Assembly: GCA_037917685.1 (NCBI GenBank)
Contig: JAVCBU010000006.1
Location: 64,001-128,000, forward strand
Reading direction: 5' to 3'
Source of the DNA: Thermoproteota archaeon
Lineage (GTDB): Archaea > Korarchaeota > Korarchaeia > Korarchaeales > JAOZGB01
Length of the DNA stretch: 64,000 nucleotides
Within the stretch, counting starts at the first letter, position 1; each line of letters opens with the position of its first letter. A program made the position numbers and the translations under genes. The notes under the pieces were generated by a model, which searched no databases, had not been told where the DNA came from, and saw only the letters and a list, made by a program, of their open reading frames with translations. Below, one piece after another: positions 58,462-64,000 of the stretch.

Positions 58462-59408
58462 GAAACAGCTTTTAGCACGGACCAAAAATCAGTAGAGGTG
58501 GGGATGTATTTTCCCCCTCCCACTTGGGCCACATCCTTACATACAAGGTTACCATATCCATTTTTAGAACCTATGCCAACTACATGGAGCCTCCTAAATT
58601 TTGAAGCCTCTGTACGAGGATCACCTCCAACATTGTAGGCTCCATCTGTTATTAAAACAGCGAACTTCTGAGGCGCCTTTATATATCGAAGCTCTTTTCT
58701 AGCAAGTTTTAAAGCTGAAGCGATGTTGGTGTATCCTCCAGTAGTGCTGTCAAGTATTTTTTCGATGGTTAACTCGGGTGGAATGTTTTTCCATGATGGT
58801 TTAAGGATGTATGGCTCAGTGTCAAATCCTACAATTCCATATTGGCCGGACCTGGCTTTGAAAGCTATTACCGCACATATTACGGATGCAACTGAAATTT
58901 TAAGCCCTGTCATAGAGCCGCTGAGGTCTAGGATAGCTACCACCCCTATTCTCCTTGAGTAGGGCTTTATAAACATGAAGTCGTCTATGCTTAAATTATC
59001 GAATTTGCCACCTTTCTCAAGGAGATTCTCAATCGTTTCTTCAACGTCTAACTCTCCAGGTGGCTGGTCTGCTAGAAATCTTCTGGCACCGCGGCTTATC
59101 CGTGTAAAAGTTTTGGCTCCAAGCTTCACTAGTGATCTAGCCACTATCTTTCTAAGAGTTTCTTTAACACCTTTGGGCAGGAAGAATCTAATATTGCAGT
59201 ATAGCGATACAAGGTCAAGAGGCCTCTTTTCGGCTTCCTGTTTTAATCGTTCAAGTACTTCAGGGTCTTCTAATATTCTTTTAAAGATCACCCTATTCCT
59301 GCTTGATAGTTTTAACATATCTTTAACGTCCATACTCCTTGAAGCGCTTAGAATGTTATCTATACCAATAGCGGGGTACCCTCCCTTTACATTGGTTTCC
59401 ATCGTCAT
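58443..59408 (-). CDS. VWA-domain protein (CoxE-like MoxR partner)
   Basis: ELDVEETIE, MIDAS DLSGSM, GYTN, ITDG. Confidence 0.88.
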   Translation of the reverse strand: MTMETNVKGGYPAIGIDNILSASRSMDVKDMLKLSSRNRVIFKRILEDPEVLERLKQEAEKRPLDLVSLYCNIRFFLPKGVKETLRKIVARSLVKLGAKTFTRISRGARRFLADQPPGELDVEETIENLLEKGGKFDNLSIDDFMFIKPYSRRIGVVAILDLSGSMTGLKISVASVICAVIAFKARSGQYGIVGFDTEPYILKPSWKNIPPELTIEKILDSTTGGYTNIASALKLARKELRYIKAPQKFAVLITDGAYNVGGDPRTEASKFRRLHVVGIGSKNGYGNLVCKDVAQVGGGKYIPTSTDFWSVLKAVSYVLSG

Positions 59409-59425
59409 CGGAGCTTTAGGCTCCT

Positions 59426-60292
59426 CTACCCTTGGAAACCCTGTAAAGTAGATTTAACTATTTCTCTAATAACTTCATCTTCCCTACCATGATATTCATC
59501 AACAACCTCAACTCTTGAAGATAGACTCATTACAGAAGCTTCCACCCACCTTTCTATATCCAAGGGTTTAAACTGACTTGCTATTAGCGCCAAGTCTATA
59601 GCGGATCTAACGGAAGCACCTCTCAAAATCTTAGGGCTATATCTGGTTGCCCTAACAATTCTAACGGATGTTTCAGCTATACTATCATCATTGATGCCTG
59701 ATCTAAGCTTCACTATCTTAACTTCTTCTTCGTAAGGTTGGTAATCCAGCTTTATTAGGAGAAACCTATCACGTAATGCCTCTGAAAGCCTTGTAACCCC
59801 TGTGTGTTCTTCAGGGTTTTGAGTTGCAATAATCCTAAATCTAGGCGCTGATTTAATCTCGCCTAGCTTTGGTATGTATAATATTCCTTCATCCATCACA
59901 GGTAGCAGGACGTTCTGGGTTGATTCAGGTAGCCTGTTGAGTTCATTTATAAAAAGCAACCCTCCTGTTTTCATAGCTCTTACAAGAGGCCCTTCGACGA
60001 AAGCTTCCGGACAGTACCCCTTAGAGAGTACTAGTGGTGGATCCCAGTAGCCTACGATCTTCCGCTCGGTGAGTCGTTCATCACCGTCGATCCTGAAGAG
60101 CCTAAGCCCTAGATGTCTGGCTAGCACTGACGCTAAGAATGTCTTTCCAACGCCGACTGGCCCTTCTAATAGAACATGTTTTCTACATTTTAGCGCTATT
60201 AAGGCCTTCTTCAGCTCCGTATCTCTTCCGACTACTGTGTATTTCTTCTGAATATCAGATATTTCACGAACTAGATCCAGTTCTATCACCAT
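59426..60292 (-). CDS. MoxR family AAA+ ATPase
   Basis: EGPVGVGKT, GPLVRAM, INELNR, ATQNP, LSEALRDRF; the ORF-track start runs into the tRNA, real ATG at 60292. Confidence 0.9.
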   Translation of the reverse strand: MVIELDLVREISDIQKKYTVVGRDTELKKALIALKCRKHVLLEGPVGVGKTFLASVLARHLGLRLFRIDGDERLTERKIVGYWDPPLVLSKGYCPEAFVEGPLVRAMKTGGLLFINELNRLPESTQNVLLPVMDEGILYIPKLGEIKSAPRFRIIATQNPEEHTGVTRLSEALRDRFLLIKLDYQPYEEEVKIVKLRSGINDDSIAETSVRIVRATRYSPKILRGASVRSAIDLALIASQFKPLDIERWVEASVMSLSSRVEVVDEYHGREDEVIREIVKSTLQGFQG

Positions 60293-60297
60293 AAAAA

Positions 60298-60396
60298 CGC
60301 CGGGGGTGGGATTCGAACCCACGAGCCCCGTATGAGGCACTGGATCTCGAGTCCAGCCCCTTTCTTCGCCGGTGCCTCTGGCTAGGGTACCCCGGC
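60298..60396 (-). tRNA. tRNA-Ser(CGA) with 13-nt D-loop intron (18/19)
   Basis: Removing 60377-60365 restores D-loop TAGCCAGGAAA; CTGGA-CT CGA GA-TCCAG; 86-nt mature tRNA. Confidence 0.85.
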
Positions 60397-60473
60397 TAAT
60401 CTAGTTATGATGTTTTTGCTATATATGTTTGTCGCATCACAAGGTACTAGCAGATGGGGAGCTAGGCTTTCTC

Positions 60474-60980
60474 TTAACCTTCCCCGCGGACTTGTGAAAG
60501 TTTGTATGTTCCCTTTTTAACCTTGACTAGGAGACCTCTTTTTACAAGTTCTGAAAGGTAGTTCCCGAGATGTTTAGGACTTATTCCTGTTCTTTCAGCT
60601 ATATCTTTAAACCTAAGCTCCTCTCCCTCTTTAAACACATCAAGTATTTTTTTATCCCGTTCTTTCAGCTGAACTCCAGCTGCCTCTGGAGGATTTACAA
60701 TACCCGTGGACTCCAGCTGTGTAACTCTATCTTCCAATCTCTCGATCCTTTCTTCCACAGATGAAATTTTCTCTGAGAGAGCCTCTATTTTTTGTGAGAT
60801 TGCATCCAACTTATCCATAAAGTTCACACTCAAACCTTCACCACCTAAAAGATCTACCAATTTATCTTCAACTAAAAACCCGAATGCAACATGCTTTATC
60901 ACACCCAGCTCCTCGAGCTTTCTGAATAATTCAGAGGACATAATAGTTGTCTCATAAGTAGTTTCAAGCCAGTCCGACAC
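60474..60980 (-). CDS. Coiled-coil plus C-terminal winged-helix protein
   Basis: Heptad region LDAISQKIEAL...RVTQLE; LRFKDIAERTGISPKHLGNYLSELVKRGLL; GTG start after GGTGAT SD. Confidence 0.75.
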   Translation of the reverse strand: MSDWLETTYETTIMSSELFRKLEELGVIKHVAFGFLVEDKLVDLLGGEGLSVNFMDKLDAISQKIEALSEKISSVEERIERLEDRVTQLESTGIVNPPEAAGVQLKERDKKILDVFKEGEELRFKDIAERTGISPKHLGNYLSELVKRGLLVKVKKGTYKLSQVRGEG

Positions 60981-61044
60981 TAAAGCATCACCAATGCTAG
61001 AGTAAACTTGATAGGTAATAAATTCAATAAAAAGATTAAGCATT

Positions 61045-62556
61045 ATGTCACAGGATAGGGGGCAGAGAAACATCGACAGGAGGATAGATATCCTAAAGTG
61101 CTTTCTAAAGGAAGGTTTTAACCTTTCCCCCGAGGCTTTAAACGTCCTGGAGAAGATGGATGATGAGAGAATACGTGAAATAGTAAAGAAGTTCGCGGAA
61201 GAGCCAAATAAGAAGATTGTGATAACAAGAGCACATCTAAATCAGTATATTAGCATAGAGCCTACCTCAAAAACAAGAAGACCATTAGCCGCAGAGTATG
61301 AATCTGATGTTAAAGTAATTAAGGCTCCTCAAGGAGACCTTCATATAAAAGGAGAGCTTGACGACTTCGTCAAGTATTTCCAAGATAGGTATAGAAAAAT
61401 TAGGAGGATTATAGTTGATAGGTACAAAATAAAGCCTATGGAAATCCAAGACGCTTTAACCTCTAAGGATGGGAGTGACGTAACAATAGTGGGGCTCATA
61501 AGCGATATAAGGACATCAAAAAGTAAAAACACAATAATAACGTTAGAGGATGAGACTGGAGAGATAACAGTTATAGCGAGATACAAGGACTTTTCAAACA
61601 GGATTTTTCTTAAAGACGAAGTTGTAGGCGTGGTCGGTAGAAAACTCTCTAAGAAAACAGTAATCGCTCAAAGAATCCTAGAGCCGGACACGAGACCTAG
61701 GAGGATAGAGAACAGGGACACCCCTCTTGCCGCCGCACTAATATCGGATCTACATATTGGAAGCAAATACTTCCTAGAAAAGGTCTTCAAAAAGTTCATA
61801 GGATGGATCAGACAAGCGGATTCCCTAGCTGGGAGAATAAAATACCTTGTCATTGCAGGGGACATTGTTGACGGAATAGGAGTGTATCCAAGTCAAGAAA
61901 GAGAGTTAAAAATAAAGGATGTACAGAAACAGTTTGAATACGCAACCAGGTTACTCTCTAATCTCCCCGATTACATCAAAGTTATACTTATACCTGGAAA
62001 CCACGACCCCGTAAGAGATTCAGACCCGCAACCCCCTATTCCAGAAGACTACACAAACCAGTTATCATCAGTTGTCGACCTTTTATCTCTTGGGAATCCA
62101 GCTTACATTTCCATAGAGGGTGTCGAATTCCTCATATATCATGGGAGAAGCCTTAACAGCTGGCAAAGATATACCCCTCAGGCAATACCGCTGACAAAGA
62201 CATCTTCACTTAGAATGTTAGAATTGATGTTAAGAAAAAGGCATCTTGCTCCCGTCTATGGTGAAACCCCCATTACTCCATTTAGCGAAGACTGGCTAGT
62301 GATAGAAAGAATTCCAGATGTAATGCACTGTGGACACATACACGTCAATGCGCTGGGCAGATACAAAGGAGTGACGCTTATAAACTCTGGAACATTCCAG
62401 GGCGAAACACCCTACATAGAGCAGCAAGGGATCACCGTAACCCCTGGAATAGTGCCGGTCATCCAGCTTGGAAGCCTAAACGTCATAGAGAAGTACTATG
62501 CTCAAGGTACCTCTGAAGGATATCCCGTGGAACAAGTAAGCCTAAGTCCTCGATAA
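61045..62556 (+). CDS. polB: DNA polymerase D small subunit DP1 (proofreading exonuclease)
   Basis: OB fold LEDETG; SDLHIGS, GDIVDGIGVYP, PGNHD, HG, RHLAP, GHIH, NSGTFQ. Confidence 0.95.
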   Translation: MSQDRGQRNIDRRIDILKCFLKEGFNLSPEALNVLEKMDDERIREIVKKFAEEPNKKIVITRAHLNQYISIEPTSKTRRPLAAEYESDVKVIKAPQGDLHIKGELDDFVKYFQDRYRKIRRIIVDRYKIKPMEIQDALTSKDGSDVTIVGLISDIRTSKSKNTIITLEDETGEITVIARYKDFSNRIFLKDEVVGVVGRKLSKKTVIAQRILEPDTRPRRIENRDTPLAAALISDLHIGSKYFLEKVFKKFIGWIRQADSLAGRIKYLVIAGDIVDGIGVYPSQERELKIKDVQKQFEYATRLLSNLPDYIKVILIPGNHDPVRDSDPQPPIPEDYTNQLSSVVDLLSLGNPAYISIEGVEFLIYHGRSLNSWQRYTPQAIPLTKTSSLRMLELMLRKRHLAPVYGETPITPFSEDWLVIERIPDVMHCGHIHVNALGRYKGVTLINSGTFQGETPYIEQQGITVTPGIVPVIQLGSLNVIEKYYAQGTSEGYPVEQVSLSPR

Positions 62557-63697
62557 TTGCCAGTATCTCCTTAGGGCTTAAAGACAAGGAATTAATACTT
62601 CTAGTATTCCCATATCGTCCTCTAAACATCACATCAGACGTTAGAATTCCAAGCTCATCTAGATTCTTGATTATTTCAGCTACACTCCTCATACTCAGCG
62701 GAGTAAAGCCTAGGAGCTTTGCAATATGATAGTAAACATCATATATCGTCCCTGTGTACGCTTTCTTACCTTCATGCATAAGCTTGGCGATTGCTTCAAG
62801 AACCAAGATCTTCTGCGGAGGTAAAGTTCTAATCTTAATTTCAACCGTATCATGCTTCATTTTGCTTAACGCCTCCTTTACATGGGGAACGCCAAGCTTA
62901 ACGCTCCCATTCCTCTCAGCAGTTTTCGCCGCAAGATACAGCAGATCTATAGCTTTCCTAGCATCACCATTATGATTCTTTGCAACAATCGCAGAAATAT
63001 AGCTTATCGCGCCTTCATCCCAGGAGCCCTTTCTAAGCCCTCGTTCAGCACGCTGTTTAAGAATCAACTCCAACTCTGAAGCCTTGTAGGGGTCAAACCT
63101 AACCATCTCCGGGCTATAGCTACTCTTAACCCTAGAGGTAAGCTTCCCCATGAACCCCATATCATTTGAAACCGTGACCAGACTGATCGATCCCTCACCA
63201 AGATCCTGAAGCCTCTTTAAGGTATACAGAAGACGGTCACCATCCCTCCTAATAAGAAGATCAACCTCATCAAGTATAACAATGAACATGTAGCCATGCT
63301 TAGCCATGTACCCGGCAAAGTCGCTACATATCTGATCGTAAGGGGGCCCGACATTCGGATACGCCGTATTTATAGCCTTAACAAGGTTAATCATAACCCT
63401 ATATGCCGAGTTAACATTGTGACAGTTAACATATCTTATAACAACAGAGGATAACGGATCTAAATCCGTCTTACCAACACTTGAAAAGCTCCGCTTAACA
63501 TTCAAGGAGACAACAGTTTTACCAGTACCCGTAGGCCCAAATAGATGCATATCCTCGGGGGGAATACTGTCAAAAACCGATTTAAAGTTCTCTTTCAAAC
63601 GATCAATATGTCGCTCCCTACAGGGCAGGTATTCAGGAATATAAGATTCACGGAGAACAAAATGATTCTTAATAATCCTCATAGGCATCAGCCTCAT
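62483..63697 (-). CDS. cdc6: Orc1/Cdc6 replication initiator
   Basis: YIPEYLPCRE, GPTGTGKT, ILDEVD, GDARKAIDLL, GRYGNTR; start uncertain (63682-63697). Confidence 0.95.
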   Translation of the reverse strand: MRLMPMRIIKNHFVLRESYIPEYLPCRERHIDRLKENFKSVFDSIPPEDMHLFGPTGTGKTVVSLNVKRSFSSVGKTDLDPLSSVVIRYVNCHNVNSAYRVMINLVKAINTAYPNVGPPYDQICSDFAGYMAKHGYMFIVILDEVDLLIRRDGDRLLYTLKRLQDLGEGSISLVTVSNDMGFMGKLTSRVKSSYSPEMVRFDPYKASELELILKQRAERGLRKGSWDEGAISYISAIVAKNHNGDARKAIDLLYLAAKTAERNGSVKLGVPHVKEALSKMKHDTVEIKIRTLPPQKILVLEAIAKLMHEGKKAYTGTIYDVYYHIAKLLGFTPLSMRSVAEIIKNLDELGILTSDVMFRGRYGNTRSINSLSLSPKEILAIIEDLGLLVPRDILQRYLEHSTSL

Positions 63698-63748
63698 AGC
63701 TAGCCGGGCACATCTATAACAATATAAGCCACATAAAAAGCTTCCTAG

Positions 63749-63796
63749 TTTAAATAACAATTTAAAGAACGGGTTTAAAGCGAATTTAAATAACAA
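63749..63796. repeat. Degenerate ~12-bp tandem array (TTTAAA core x4) upstream of cdc6
   Basis: TTTAAATAACAA (63749), TTTAAAGAAC (63761), TTTAAAGCGAA (63774), TTTAAATAACAA (63785). Confidence 0.6.
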
Positions 63797-64000
63797 AAAG
63801 AATCAGAAAGAATAACCAAAAAATAAAAATAAAATAATCATAAGAAAAAATAAAGAACTTAAAACAGGAGAGCAGGCGCCAAACACGAAATAATTCAATT
63901 AAAACAGAGAATTTTCAGGATTTCAAGGACAACAATATATATTGGGCGTATTAGAGCGCTTATAGAGTAAAGAGAATACAGATAGAAAAATTTAAAAATA

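Noticed and set aside
57640-60324. Identical GGGGGTGGGATTCGAACCCACGA at 57.6 kb, 60.3 kb and 35.5 kb, read as att sites of an integrated element
   Set aside because: Each copy is the T-arm/acceptor of a complete, different tRNA, and no integrase is present.
60293-60340. ORF-track N-terminal extension of MoxR (MPHTGLVGSNPTPG)
   Set aside because: It is a translation of the tRNA-Ser 3' half.
63698-63796. N-terminal extension of Cdc6 given by the ORF track
   Set aside because: It is a Phe/Leu/Lys-rich translation of the AT-rich repeat array; Cdc6 homology begins near MRIIKN.
1-64000. CRISPR arrays, rRNA genes, transposases, defence systems
   Set aside because: No regularly spaced repeats, long GC-rich RNA tracts or relevant protein motifs were seen.

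Overview
This is a gene-dense stretch of core chromosome from an archaeon, probably a thermophile. Elf1, eS30, PolD (DP1 and DP2), Cdc6, Nop5/fibrillarin, Gar1 and an Smc5/6-like ATPase point to a TACK/Asgard-type lineage. The window holds the rpoH-rpoB-rpoA(A'/A'' fused)-eL30-nusA-uS12-uS7-EF1a-uS10 superoperon, a uL3-uL4-uL23-uL2-uS19 block, tRNA-processing and modification genes (EndA, TsaC/Sua5, Kae1, Trm1, Elp3), a thermosome subunit, GAPDH, a Hef helicase, a MoxR/VWA pair and a candidate replication origin beside cdc6. I read seven tRNA genes by hand. Four carry a total of seven introns, four of them at non-canonical positions, including a 3-intron tRNA-Tyr and a 2-intron tRNA-Lys with a 7-nt anticodon exon. 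Several introns are antisense to their own tRNA exons. The splicing endonuclease is a beta-alpha fusion that keeps a crenarchaeal-type specificity loop. The tRNA-flanked RNAP/EF-1a superoperon has substitutions at near-invariant residues (e.g. YNxED to YNTKD) and DPANN-like signatures, which suggests xenologous replacement. I saw no CRISPR array, rRNA or transposase. All calls come from motif recognition by eye, with no database searches, and several start codons were moved from the ORF track.
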